Shown here: piece after piece, positions 9,395-19,294 of the stretch
Layout of the letters: the number at the start of each line of letters is the position of its first letter
Numbering within the stretch: the first letter of the stretch is position 1
Source of the DNA: Bacteroidales bacterium
GTDB lineage: Bacteria > Bacteroidota > Bacteroidia > Bacteroidales > VadinHA17
Direction of reading: 5' to 3'
Assembly (NCBI GenBank): GCA_035530515.1
Contig: DATKUO010000238.1
Coordinates: 23,989-87,988 of the forward strand
Length of the DNA stretch: 64,000 bases
Notes under the pieces: model-generated
Told to the model about the DNA's origin: nothing
Databases searched by the model: none
The model's input: the letters and a program-made list of their open reading frames with translations, nothing else
Program-made: the position numbers and the translations under genes

Positions 9395-9582
9395 AGGCAA
9401 AGTGCATAGCGGATAGCACAAAGGGCTAGGAACATAGAGCCGGGAGCACACAGAGCTGAAGGCTGATCCTATGCAAAACCTGCAAGACCTGCAAGACCTG
9501 CAAGACAGTCAATTGATTATGTATTAAAAGGAAGAGACCGCCTCATATGAGACAGCCTCTTTCAAAGGAAGTCATCAAAGTA

Positions 9583-11073
9583 TTAATAACCGAACTTATA
9601 ACCTAAAGTAACTGTAAACATATTCTTTACAGTACTTAAATTAACTGTCGCTGGATCAAAACTACTATCCAGGGGATATAAAAAGTTTGTCTGGGCATAC
9701 TTGTAACTGGTAAATGCGAAGTCGATCGAAACATTTTGTTCCCTGAATCCTGCCCCGAATGAGATTGAGTTATAGTCAAGATCTCTGTTATCCTCTCCGG
9801 ATTGAAAAGCTTTACCGTAATAACCATAGCCTGCTCTCAGATAATACTTATTTAGCCGGTATTCACCTCCAAGGCGAATGTTACTGGCGGATTTCAGCCT
9901 ATTTTTTATATTAAGATTCTTATCGCTGTAATCATAATCATCTCCAGTCTCTGAGAAACGGGCTGTAGCATAATCAACAAACTCGTAATCAACACTCAGG
10001 AGTGCAACTTTTTGAATCTGCACAGCCACACCTGCCAATGCTCTGAAGGGAGTAGTAAGAGCGTACTCGAACCTCAATGGCTCACTGGGAGATTCATAAT
10101 GACCATCCGTAAAATTTGAAGTAATGTCCTCATATAAGTATTCATTTATTCGGTACAATGTAGGTGAATGAAATGCAAGACCTATACGAACAGTCTCAAC
10201 CGGTTTGATTATTGCACCTATCTTAAGTGAATATCCTGTTCCGGTATTCTCATAATGGTCGGTATAGGTAAAACTCTCAAATTGCGAAGGCAATGTCACA
10301 TCAGTAGATTCGAGATGTTCGAAATGACTGGTATATTTTAGCTTACTTATTCCCAGTGTAGCTCCAAAAAAGATTTTATTTGAATAGTTACCTCCAATTG
10401 ATAAAGCGTGTTCTCCTGTATATCCTTCATTAGAGACCAGCCGCCGTATTGTCTGTCCGTACACTGATGGAGGATTGTCTCCGTAGTTTGAAAAAACAGT
10501 TCCATATTCATCACCTGAACCTGAAAGCGTATCAATAAGCCAGGTACTATTTGCTAAAAAGCCGAAATAAGCCTCATCGTAAAGCTCATCCTTATACCAG
10601 CCATTAGCATCTCTTACCCAGGAATCTGCCATAGAACTGGATGTGCTCTCCCCTTGAATTCTTATACCCTGGTTAAAATTATTTGTTTTACTAAATGAGT
10701 ATCCAAAATTCAGAGTTATGAGGCCTGTCTCATTATTGTTAGAGATTATATTACTGACAATCCCTGCCTGGTTCAGATTAAAATTATAAAGATAGTCAGA
10801 AGTGATCCCATTGAATCCGGCTGATGAATTGATATGAAATAATTGTGGAGTAACTGTAATCTCCGACGACCTGAAAACACCCAGTCCAGCCGGGTTTTGA
10901 CTCAGCGAAGAAATATCTCCTCCAAGAGCGGTGAATGCTCCTCCCATTGACATAAATCTTGCAGTCCCTCCATAAAATATCTGAGAATATCTCAATGCAT
11001 CATCAACATTCTGGGCAATTACGCTGCTGCCCATTGATAATACTGCTAATATGATTAAACTTATCCGTTTCAT
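9583..11073 (-). CDS. outer-membrane beta-barrel protein, FadL/OMPP1-like
   Basis: There is a signal peptide (MKRISLIILAVLSMGSSVIAQ). An N-terminal plug-like motif GTARFMSMGGAFTALGGDISSLSQNPAGLG follows. The body shows alternating beta-strand patterning and ends in an aromatic residue (...GYKFGY). Confidence 0.6.
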   Translation of the reverse strand: MKRISLIILAVLSMGSSVIAQNVDDALRYSQIFYGGTARFMSMGGAFTALGGDISSLSQNPAGLGVFRSSEITVTPQLFHINSSAGFNGITSDYLYNFNLNQAGIVSNIISNNNETGLITLNFGYSFSKTNNFNQGIRIQGESTSSSMADSWVRDANGWYKDELYDEAYFGFLANSTWLIDTLSGSGDEYGTVFSNYGDNPPSVYGQTIRRLVSNEGYTGEHALSIGGNYSNKIFFGATLGISKLKYTSHFEHLESTDVTLPSQFESFTYTDHYENTGTGYSLKIGAIIKPVETVRIGLAFHSPTLYRINEYLYEDITSNFTDGHYESPSEPLRFEYALTTPFRALAGVAVQIQKVALLSVDYEFVDYATARFSETGDDYDYSDKNLNIKNRLKSASNIRLGGEYRLNKYYLRAGYGYYGKAFQSGEDNRDLDYNSISFGAGFREQNVSIDFAFTSYKYAQTNFLYPLDSSFDPATVNLSTVKNMFTVTLGYKFGY

Positions 11074-11155
11074 TATATCTATTTTTATGTACTACTATCC
11101 CTGCACTCCATTAAAAGAATGAACTATTTCAACAAACGTTAAAGTCGTTTTACAC

Positions 11156-12487
11156 TTATCTCCTTCTACCGCCCGATGATGAACCAGACGAAGAACCAGA
11201 TGATGAACCAGACGAAGATCCTGAAGAACCGGAACTCCTTGATACAGAGCCTGAAGATCCGCCACTATAAGATGAGGAAGATCTGCTGCCTGATGATGAG
11301 TTGTTATAGGATCTTGATGAAACACTTGATCCGCTTCTTGATGGTACAGTATATCGTACTGAATTGTTAGAAGGGGTAATCGTTCTTCGCTGAACACTGT
11401 TTCCTGCAGAATTACTTCTTACACTATTTACCGGAACCCGATAAGAATTCTGATTTAAAGGGGTTCTTACAGTACCTGTGTTATTATTTACCCTGCTATT
11501 ATTATATGATGGCCTTGTGCTCATCCTGGGATTACTATAGCTTGGAGTATATGTTCTGTTAGTATTGTTATAAATAGGTCTTGTATTTACCGAATTTTTC
11601 TGAGTGGTTGTATTGGTACGTATATTTTCTCCTTTGGCCGGAACCTGATTTAATGTTTTGGTGGTCGGGTTAACTACCTGCCGACTATTGGCAGAAGGGA
11701 CAGTTCTTCTGGCATCACCCGCGATTGGCTGAGTTCCTGAAGTTTTGCCACTGGTTTCAGAAGTTCTGCCTGATGATATATAAGGATCTCTTCTTGAAGA
11801 TCCTGCTCCTGAAACATTACTGTTCCATTTCGATGAAAGGGTACTTGGCCTCTCTCTTCTGCCATAAGCAACTGAGTTTTTAACATCCCCACGTATATAA
11901 CTTCCTCCATAATAACTATAACGACTATAGTAAGGAGAATAATAAGATCCGAAACCTCCGTAATAACCTGAGTAATAACTGCCATAATAGTCGCCGTAAT
12001 ATCCCCCATATCTATTAAAAGGACTCAAATAATAAGGATTATAAGAGAAATAAGGGAATCCTCCATAACCAAAACCATAACCGAATGACGGGTAACCATA
12101 GCTAAAATAGTATGGGTCTCTCCAGTAAGGATCAAAATAGTTACTACCGTAGAAATTTCTTAACCTCCCTGTATATGAGTAGTTATCATAATAATCATAA
12201 GCACCGCCATAGTTATTGTTGTTAATTATAACAGCATCGTCGTAGTCAACAGCATCAGAATACTGTTCCGAAACAAGGGTATCAGTAGCATATATATTAT
12301 CATAATAGTCCTGAGCAATTAAAGAACCTTCCTCGATTCGATCATTAGCATAAGGGCTGGCCTTAACTACCGGTTTATCTGAAGCCAAAAAGTAAAGGTC
12401 ATCATACTCCGCTCCGGTATAAAGGCTTGATGTGCACGAGCCCAGGGTGAGCAGAATAAGAATTAATATGTATTGTTGTGCTTTCAT
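11156..12487 (-). CDS. lipoprotein, Tyr/Gly-rich core with Ser/Thr/Asn/Arg-rich basic tail (low complexity)
   Basis: Lipobox LLTLGSC. The middle is extremely Y/G-rich (GYPSFGYGFGYGGFPYFSYNPYY...). The C-terminus is (SSG)n and ends GGRRR. It is a paralogue of the next gene upstream. Confidence 0.6.
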   Translation of the reverse strand: MKAQQYILILILLTLGSCTSSLYTGAEYDDLYFLASDKPVVKASPYANDRIEEGSLIAQDYYDNIYATDTLVSEQYSDAVDYDDAVIINNNNYGGAYDYYDNYSYTGRLRNFYGSNYFDPYWRDPYYFSYGYPSFGYGFGYGGFPYFSYNPYYLSPFNRYGGYYGDYYGSYYSGYYGGFGSYYSPYYSRYSYYGGSYIRGDVKNSVAYGRRERPSTLSSKWNSNVSGAGSSRRDPYISSGRTSETSGKTSGTQPIAGDARRTVPSANSRQVVNPTTKTLNQVPAKGENIRTNTTTQKNSVNTRPIYNNTNRTYTPSYSNPRMSTRPSYNNSRVNNNTGTVRTPLNQNSYRVPVNSVRSNSAGNSVQRRTITPSNNSVRYTVPSRSGSSVSSRSYNNSSSGSRSSSSYSGGSSGSVSRSSGSSGSSSGSSSGSSSGSSSGGRRR

Positions 12488-12637
12488 TTTTGATTCCCCC
12501 TTTTATTTTCTATTAACGTGCAAATATTATACCAAAGAAACATTTTTTTGAAATAACTTTTTACAATTGACTAAACATAATATCTTTTGAAAAGATAGAA
12601 GGACATACTCCAGGCATGTCCTTCTATTCCTATTAGG

Positions 12638-13612
12638 TTATTTTCTCCTGGATGATTTACTTTTTGTGGGTGATGATTTCGAAGTAGTAGATTTCGATGC
12701 ACTCTTTGAAGAGTTGCTTCTTGTAGGAGTTCTTACTGTCCTTGATGAGGTATTAGCCGGCCTTGAAGAGACTGATGTTTGTCTTCCGGAAGTCGATGGC
12801 TGTACTTCTCTTCTGTTAACCTGAACATTTTCAGGAGTTGCGCTCTTGGTACCTTTACCGGCATTTGTCCTCACATTACTATTACTATTACTATTACTAT
12901 TACTTCTATTTATATTCTGGTTCTGATATTGATTCTGATTTCTACTATTGGAGTTTACATTTACCGGCTGTCGTCTTGATATATTGTCTGATGAATTATC
13001 CGAAACATTTGTTGATGTTCTCCGCGATGAGGAACTGGTTGATGAATATCTTGAAGAAGGATAATTGTTGTAATTATTATACGTGTTATAAACCGGTCTG
13101 TAATTGTTGCGGCTGCTGTAGTAGCTCCGGTTATGTCCGTACCAGCCATAATAATTATTTGACCATCGGTTCCGTATTCTCACATTAATAACTACAGGCG
13201 AATACCAGTTATTGTAATAGAATGGATCATATCCCCATGAATATGAGCTTCCGTAGTAAGGGTCATAGTATCCGTTATTATACCCGTAACCATAACTATA
13301 AACAGGGTAACTATGAGAGTATCCGATTCCGAAACCTCCACCACCATATATGCTTATTCCCCATGAATAAGGCTGGTAATTATACCAGTATGTGTCAGTA
13401 AAAACAGGAGCATAATAATTAAACGATGAATATGATTTGTGAAACCTGTTTATTCTGGATGAGTAGTAATAATCATAATCATCGTAATAATTATTAACCA
13501 CTATCTTTGCGTCATCATTTCTAAAATCTCGTATATCAGCTACCTGCGACTTTACTGTGGATCCGGTAAGCAGAAGGAGCGATATAATTCCGATATAGTA
13601 TTTTGCTTTCAT
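12638..13612 (-). CDS. exported Tyr/Asn/Gly-rich low-complexity protein with basic Ser/Thr-rich tail
   Basis: Signal peptide from the ATG at 13612 (MKAKYYIGIISLLLLTGSTVKSQ). The shared block DDAKIVVNNYYDDYDYYYSSRINRF matches DDAVIINNNNYGGAYDYYDNYSYTGRLRNF in the 443-aa neighbour. The tail ends KSKSSRRK. Confidence 0.6.
   Translation of the reverse strand: MKAKYYIGIISLLLLTGSTVKSQVADIRDFRNDDAKIVVNNYYDDYDYYYSSRINRFHKSYSSFNYYAPVFTDTYWYNYQPYSWGISIYGGGGFGIGYSHSYPVYSYGYGYNNGYYDPYYGSSYSWGYDPFYYNNWYSPVVINVRIRNRWSNNYYGWYGHNRSYYSSRNNYRPVYNTYNNYNNYPSSRYSSTSSSSRRTSTNVSDNSSDNISRRQPVNVNSNSRNQNQYQNQNINRSNSNSNSNSNVRTNAGKGTKSATPENVQVNRREVQPSTSGRQTSVSSRPANTSSRTVRTPTRSNSSKSASKSTTSKSSPTKSKSSRRK
12875..12904. repeat. 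hexanucleotide microsatellite (attact)x5, in frame, encoding (NS)5 on the minus strand
   Basis: Read directly from the sequence: attact attact attact attact attact. Confidence 0.9.
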
Positions 13613-13713
13613 GATGAACCTCACTTTCTTTTTTGAGTAATAACTGAAGTTTTTATTTATTTTTACGCAATCTATTTCTTTAAAACTAATTAAACAAATA
13701 CCATACCAAAAAA

Positions 13714-15189
13714 ATGGCGAAGTTTTTAACTAACAGGGAGGAGAATTATTCACAATGGTATAATGATCTGGTTATCAAGGCAGATCTGGCTGAGAATTCA
13801 GCGGTAAGAGGCTGCATGGTTATCAAACCATATGGTTATGCTATATGGGAAAAGATACAGGCTGAACTCGACAGACTATTTAAAGCCACAGGCCATGTAA
13901 ATGCATATTTCCCACTCTTTGTACCAAAATCTTTCTTCAGTAAGGAGGCTGCTCATGTTGAGGGATTTGCAAAAGAGTGTGCAGTGGTCACACATTACCG
14001 TTTAAAAAATGATGAGACAGGTAAAGGCATTGTTGTTGATCCAACCGCTAAGCTTGAGGAGGAACTAATTATCCGGCCTACTTCAGAAACAATAATATGG
14101 CATTCTTACAAAAACTGGATACAGTCGTACAGAGATCTGCCTATATTGATAAATCAGTGGGCTAATGTTGTACGATGGGAAATGCGGACAAGACTATTCC
14201 TCAGGACGACTGAATTTCTTTGGCAGGAGGGTCATACAGCTCATGCAACTCGCGAAGAGGCTGAAGAAGAGACTGAAAAGATGATCAATGTATATGCAGG
14301 TTTTGCTGAGAACTCAATGGCTCTTCCTGTTATAAAAGGCTATAAAAGTGAAAATGAGCGATTTGCTGGAGCAATCGATACTTTTGCCATTGAAGCTCTC
14401 ATGCAGGATGGCAAGGCATTACAAGCCGGGACCAGTCATTTTCTTGGACAAAACTTTGCAAAAGCATTTGATGTTCAGTTTACAGATAGGACCGGAAAAC
14501 TTGATTATGTATGGGCAACGTCATGGGGCGTGTCCACCAGACTCATTGGTGCTATCATCATGGGACATGCCGATAACAACGGACTGATATTACCACCAAA
14601 ACTTGCCCCTATACAGGTTGTAATCATACCGATTTATAAGAATATTGAACAACTCGCAACCTTATCTGAAACTGCAAATAAAATTAAAGCTGACCTGGAA
14701 TTAATGGGCATATCAGTGAAATATGATGACAGGGATAATAACAAACCTGGTTGGAAATTTGCCGATTATGAGCTAAAAGGAGTACCTGTTCGTCTTGCAA
14801 TTGGGCCACGCGACCTTGAAAATAAGACAGTTGAAGTTGCCAGGAGAGACAATCTTACAAAAGAGACTATTTCGCTGGACAGAGTGAATGAATATATCCC
14901 GAAACTCCTTGAGGATATTCAGTCTAATATTTATAATAAAGCTCTGAACTTCCGAAAAGAGAACACCTTTTATGTAGATAAATGGGACGATTTTATCAAA
15001 ATCCTTGATAATCAGGGAGGTTTTATTATGGCTCATTGGGATGGTACCACTGAGACAGAGGAGAAAATTAAAGAGGAGACGAAAGCTACAATCAGATGTA
15101 TACCATTCGATAGTCCCGAAGAGGAGGGAAAATGTGTTTATTCAGGAAAACCTTCAAAAAGAAGGGTTCTCTTCGCAAGATCTTATTAA
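13714..15189 (+). CDS. proS: proline--tRNA ligase (archaeal/eukaryote-like type)
   Basis: Class II aaRS motifs are present ([34 protein letters not shown]). The length is 491 aa, with a C-terminal ...[18 protein letters not shown] tail. Confidence 0.95.
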   Translation: MAKFLTNREENYSQWYNDLVIKADLAENSAVRGCMVIKPYGYAIWEKIQAELDRLFKATGHVNAYFPLFVPKSFFSKEAAHVEGFAKECAVVTHYRLKNDETGKGIVVDPTAKLEEELIIRPTSETIIWHSYKNWIQSYRDLPILINQWANVVRWEMRTRLFLRTTEFLWQEGHTAHATREEAEEETEKMINVYAGFAENSMALPVIKGYKSENERFAGAIDTFAIEALMQDGKALQAGTSHFLGQNFAKAFDVQFTDRTGKLDYVWATSWGVSTRLIGAIIMGHADNNGLILPPKLAPIQVVIIPIYKNIEQLATLSETANKIKADLELMGISVKYDDRDNNKPGWKFADYELKGVPVRLAIGPRDLENKTVEVARRDNLTKETISLDRVNEYIPKLLEDIQSNIYNKALNFRKENTFYVDKWDDFIKILDNQGGFIMAHWDGTTETEEKIKEETKATIRCIPFDSPEEEGKCVYSGKPSKRRVLFARSY

Positions 15190-15247
15190 TTATCCTTAAT
15201 TATTATTATTTTAGAACCCGGAATATCATTTTAATACACCTCTTGTT

Positions 15248-15958
15248 ATGCCTAACCTGAATGATAAGAAAGTAGCAATAATTGAATCCCTCAAAGAAAA
15301 ATCAATTCTTAAACAAAAAGTATTCGATAATACTATCGAATCATTCAGTACTATAAAGGATGTCCTGAAAAAAATTTCTAAAGAGTTAAACACGAGTTTG
15401 ACCGATATCGATTCCAGGATAAGATTAGAATATACTGACAGGAGCAACTTTGATGCCCAGCTAAGAGTTGCGGGTGATATATTGCTATTCAGTATGCATT
15501 CGAACATCTTCCAGTTCGACAGGGAACATCCTGCATGGAAGACTGCATATATTCAAAAAAACAAGTATAATGGCTATTCCGGTGTAATAAATATTTATAA
15601 CTTTCTGGCTGACTCCTTCAAATATTCGCGGTTAGATGATCTGGGCTACCTGATAGCCAGAATCTTTATCAACCATGAGAAACAATATTTTGTCGAAGGG
15701 AAAAGACAAATGGGAATTCTGTTTACAAATTATGGAAGTGAAGAAATAAGCAAAGATTCATTAAAACTGATTATTTCCACTGCAATTCAATATTCGCTTG
15801 AGTTTGATCTTCTTTTACCACCCTATGATTCTGTAAAAATTGCAACAGTAGGTCAGGCAGAAGCAAAAATACAGCATTCAAGAATTATTACCGGTAAAAG
15901 ACTTGGGTTTCAGTTTAATTCGGATGATGTACTGAACGACAACTCTAATGATACCTGA
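15248..15958 (+). CDS. hypothetical protein
   Basis: Clean 236-aa ORF with ordinary codon usage. Its stop overlaps the start of the next gene by 1 nt. No motif was recognised. Confidence 0.5.
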   Translation: MPNLNDKKVAIIESLKEKSILKQKVFDNTIESFSTIKDVLKKISKELNTSLTDIDSRIRLEYTDRSNFDAQLRVAGDILLFSMHSNIFQFDREHPAWKTAYIQKNKYNGYSGVINIYNFLADSFKYSRLDDLGYLIARIFINHEKQYFVEGKRQMGILFTNYGSEEISKDSLKLIISTAIQYSLEFDLLLPPYDSVKIATVGQAEAKIQHSRIITGKRLGFQFNSDDVLNDNSNDT

Positions 15959-17904
15959 TGTGCAAAGTGCCAGAAAATCAGTTAAGTTCATTAAGGCCTT
16001 TGATTTATTTGGCACTTCTGCTTATTTGCAACCCTGCATTCTGTCAGAACCAGTCAGAAAATGACACTACAATAAGAATCTCCCCCGGTACTTTTATTCA
16101 AATAAGGGATAGTATCTCTTTTTTTTCTAACGATACTCTATTGAGATTGCCAGCTTCCTTACAACAAGCAATCCTCTCACAGAAAGATAAAAACCTTATA
16201 TTCTTCGACTCATTGAAAGCAAAAGCCTCTAAGAACTCATTAACCAAAAAGTTATATGATTTTGTGATTGTATCACCTGACACCATCGATAAAAAACGGA
16301 TAACAGGTACAAGTGATGCCAATTACATTACTTATTCGGGCAAAAAGATCAGGAAAATTGAAGTACAAAGACTTAATGTTTTTGGCGTAAATATTAGTAA
16401 CCCTGCTTCAACTGATACCAAAAAAATTGATAATATTTTAAATAAAACCCATGTTAATACCACTGAAAATATTATTAGAAAAAATCTTCTCTTTTCAGTC
16501 GGTGATACAATCTCTCCTTTGACTCTAAGCGATAACGAAAGGATATTACGACAGCTATCCTATATTGATGATGCCAGAATCATTATTGTCCCGGTATCTG
16601 ATGATGAGGTTGACATTGTGGTTCTTACAAAGGATATATATTCTCTGGGAGCGGATTATAACTATGAAGGTCTTAAAAAAGGTTCGGTTTTACTTTTTGA
16701 AAAGAATATTTTCGGCATGGGCCATGAATTTGGAATTGAGATTCCATTTGATTCAGAAAAACCTGATTCACCAGGATTTGGAGTTCACTACATGGTGAAC
16801 AATATCGGGAAGACTTTCCTGAACCTTAATCTCTTTTATTTAGATGGACTGGGAGAAAAATCTTATGGATTCAACTTAAACCGTAAGCTAATTAGCTCAA
16901 CCACAAAATATGCAGGCGGAATTTCAGTCAGACAAATGTATACTACCGAAGATTTTGATAAACTTATTATTCCTGAGCCACTTAAATATAATTTTCAGGA
17001 TTACTGGTTATCAAGGTCATTTCTTATAAATAAAGCGTCAGTATCAAGAATAATTGTCGGGGCACGCTATACAAACAATAATGTATTTGAGAAGCCATTC
17101 ATTCCTTCTTACGCTTACTATGATCTTCAGAGATACAGGCTCTTCCTTGCATCTGCAGCCTACTCAATTCAGAAGTATTACAAGACAAACCGAATATACA
17201 GCTACGGACGAACTGAAGATATCCCTTACGGAGGCTTATTTAAAATTACTGTTGGTAAGGAGATTAATAATGAACTCCAGAAGAAAAGAACATACCTTGG
17301 AACTGAAGTCTCAGTTGGCAGATCAAATAAAAAGCTTGGTTATTTCTACACATCTGCCGGACTGGCGACGTTTTTTAATGAAAACAAGACAGAACAGGGA
17401 ATCCTTTCGCTAAGTATTAAATATTTCTCAAACCTTATAAATTTTGGTAATAATACCATTAGGAATTTTCTATATATTGATTATACAAGAGGATTTGACA
17501 GATATTTAGATGAGCATCTGACATTTAAGAGGGATAATGGGTTTTCTGGTTTTAAAAATGATTCAGTTAGTGGAAATCAAAGAGTATCTGTAAGTCTTGA
17601 ATCTGTGTTATTCAGCCCGTTGAATATTTATGACTTCAGATTTGCATTTTTCGGTTTTGCAGATTTTTATTTTCTGTCTGGAACTAAAGAGATAGTCGGA
17701 AGTGGCAGTAACCTGGCAGGAATCGGACTCGGTATAAGGATCAGAAATGACAATCTTGTCTTTAAAACCTTTCAGGTGAGGATTGGTTTCTTTCCAAATC
17801 CTCCACTATACTCAAAAATCAACCATATTCTGGTATCAGGTGAACAACTTTTAAGGCCTGATAATTTCGATTCAGGGCCGCCATCAATTATTCCATACAG
17901 GTAA
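15958..17904 (+). CDS. outer-membrane protein, possibly Omp85/BamA-like (uncertain)
   Basis: There is an N-terminal hydrophobic signal and a POTRA-like segment (KIRKIEVQRLNVFGVN). The C-terminal part is long and rich in beta-strands. The assignment is tentative. Confidence 0.45.
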   Translation: MCKVPENQLSSLRPLIYLALLLICNPAFCQNQSENDTTIRISPGTFIQIRDSISFFSNDTLLRLPASLQQAILSQKDKNLIFFDSLKAKASKNSLTKKLYDFVIVSPDTIDKKRITGTSDANYITYSGKKIRKIEVQRLNVFGVNISNPASTDTKKIDNILNKTHVNTTENIIRKNLLFSVGDTISPLTLSDNERILRQLSYIDDARIIIVPVSDDEVDIVVLTKDIYSLGADYNYEGLKKGSVLLFEKNIFGMGHEFGIEIPFDSEKPDSPGFGVHYMVNNIGKTFLNLNLFYLDGLGEKSYGFNLNRKLISSTTKYAGGISVRQMYTTEDFDKLIIPEPLKYNFQDYWLSRSFLINKASVSRIIVGARYTNNNVFEKPFIPSYAYYDLQRYRLFLASAAYSIQKYYKTNRIYSYGRTEDIPYGGLFKITVGKEINNELQKKRTYLGTEVSVGRSNKKLGYFYTSAGLATFFNENKTEQGILSLSIKYFSNLINFGNNTIRNFLYIDYTRGFDRYLDEHLTFKRDNGFSGFKNDSVSGNQRVSVSLESVLFSPLNIYDFRFAFFGFADFYFLSGTKEIVGSGSNLAGIGLGIRIRNDNLVFKTFQVRIGFFPNPPLYSKINHILVSGEQLLRPDNFDSGPPSIIPYR

Positions 17905-17926
17905 AAGATATAACTATTATAAGAAT

Positions 17927-19294
17927 ATGCTTAATAAATTTAAAATATTTATTGCTGAAAACAGCCTGATAAAACCTGGCGACAGAATATTACTTGCAGT
18001 AAGTGGAGGCATCGATTCAATGGTTATGAGTCATCTCTTCCTGCAACTGGAAATCGAATTAGGAATTATCCACTGTAATTTTTCCTTACGTGCCATGGAA
18101 TCTGATAAGGATGAAATATTAGTGCACAACTTTGCCAGGGAGCACATTATTCCTTTCTTTTCCAGACGGTTTGAGACAAAATCTTTCGCAAGGAAAAATA
18201 GATTATCTGTTCAGATGGCTGCCAGGGAACTGAGGTACGCTTGGTTCGAAGAGATAAGAGAAGAAAATGGGTATGATGCAATAGCTGTAGCACATAACCT
18301 TAATGATAATATTGAGACCTTACTAATTAATCTCATAAGAGGTACAGGAATAGCCGGGATGACAGGAATGAGACCGGCAATAAACAAAATCATTCGACCA
18401 TTACTCTTTGCAACACGGGAGGATATTACAAGCTATTGCATTCAAAACAATATTCTTTTTCGTGAAGACAAGTCAAATGAGGACACAAAATATATAAGAA
18501 ATAAAATAAGGCATTTAATAATCCCTGTTCTCAAAGAGATAAACCCGTCTATTGAATTAACACTGAATGAGACAGCTGAAAGATTCGTTGGTATTAATGA
18601 GATCGTTTATGATTATATTACGGAATTAAGGAAAAAGGTCTCAGATCAAGATGGGAAACTCATAACATTTAATATCAGCATATTAAAAGAATATTTTCAA
18701 AATAAAACTGTTTTATTTGAATTGTTTAAGCCTTTCGGAATAACTAATGTCCAGTTAAATGATCTGATAAAAGTAATTGAAGGTAAAACAGGAGGTCAGA
18801 TCTTTACTGATACTCATAGAATAATTAAAAACAGGAAGGAAATTATTATTTCCTATGAAGATACTCATTATGAAACTTTCTTTAAGATTGAAAACATTAA
18901 AGAGTTCAATGAAGTTTCGGGAATATCCTCAGCCATCTATAAAAAAATTGAAGGCAAATTTGATATCCCATCTGACCCATTCATAGCTTGTCTTGATTCT
19001 GAAAAAATCTCATACCCTCTCATAATAAGAAAATGGAAAGCTGGTGATCATTTCTACCCATTAGGAATGCGACAGAAGAAAAAGCTTAGCGACTATTTTA
19101 TCGACAACAAATACTCAATCATTGATAAGGAGACCATACTTATTCTTGAATCTAACGGGAAGATCGTCTGGATCATTGGTGACAGAATTGACAACAGGTT
19201 CAGGATAACCAAATCGACACAAAAGGCACTGATTATAAAGTTCTTACACCGTAAATTCCTCTGTCGATCAGTATCAGGTCGGCCATTGCAATAG
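17927..19294 (+). CDS. tilS: tRNA(Ile)-lysidine synthetase
   Basis: PP-loop LLAVSGGIDSMVM, then HNLNDNIETLLINLIRGTG, and a C-terminal TilS domain (GDHFYPLGM..KKLSDYFID). Confidence 0.85.
   Translation: MLNKFKIFIAENSLIKPGDRILLAVSGGIDSMVMSHLFLQLEIELGIIHCNFSLRAMESDKDEILVHNFAREHIIPFFSRRFETKSFARKNRLSVQMAARELRYAWFEEIREENGYDAIAVAHNLNDNIETLLINLIRGTGIAGMTGMRPAINKIIRPLLFATREDITSYCIQNNILFREDKSNEDTKYIRNKIRHLIIPVLKEINPSIELTLNETAERFVGINEIVYDYITELRKKVSDQDGKLITFNISILKEYFQNKTVLFELFKPFGITNVQLNDLIKVIEGKTGGQIFTDTHRIIKNRKEIIISYEDTHYETFFKIENIKEFNEVSGISSAIYKKIEGKFDIPSDPFIACLDSEKISYPLIIRKWKAGDHFYPLGMRQKKKLSDYFIDNKYSIIDKETILILESNGKIVWIIGDRIDNRFRITKSTQKALIIKFLHRKFLCRSVSGRPLQ

Noticed and set aside
9479-9505. Possible CRISPR array (also considered for the 27237-27315 repeats)
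   Set aside because: The repeat units are only 7-14 bp and directly tandem, with no spacers and no cas genes. These are simple tandem repeats, not CRISPR.
11095-13188. Multiple overlapping ORFs in both strands (11095-11397 -, 11176-11370 +, 11674-12009 -, 12779-12979 +, 12838-13188 +, 12961-13149 -)
   Set aside because: These are artefacts of low-complexity, repeat-rich coding DNA. Only the frames with signal peptide or lipobox spanning the whole region are credible.
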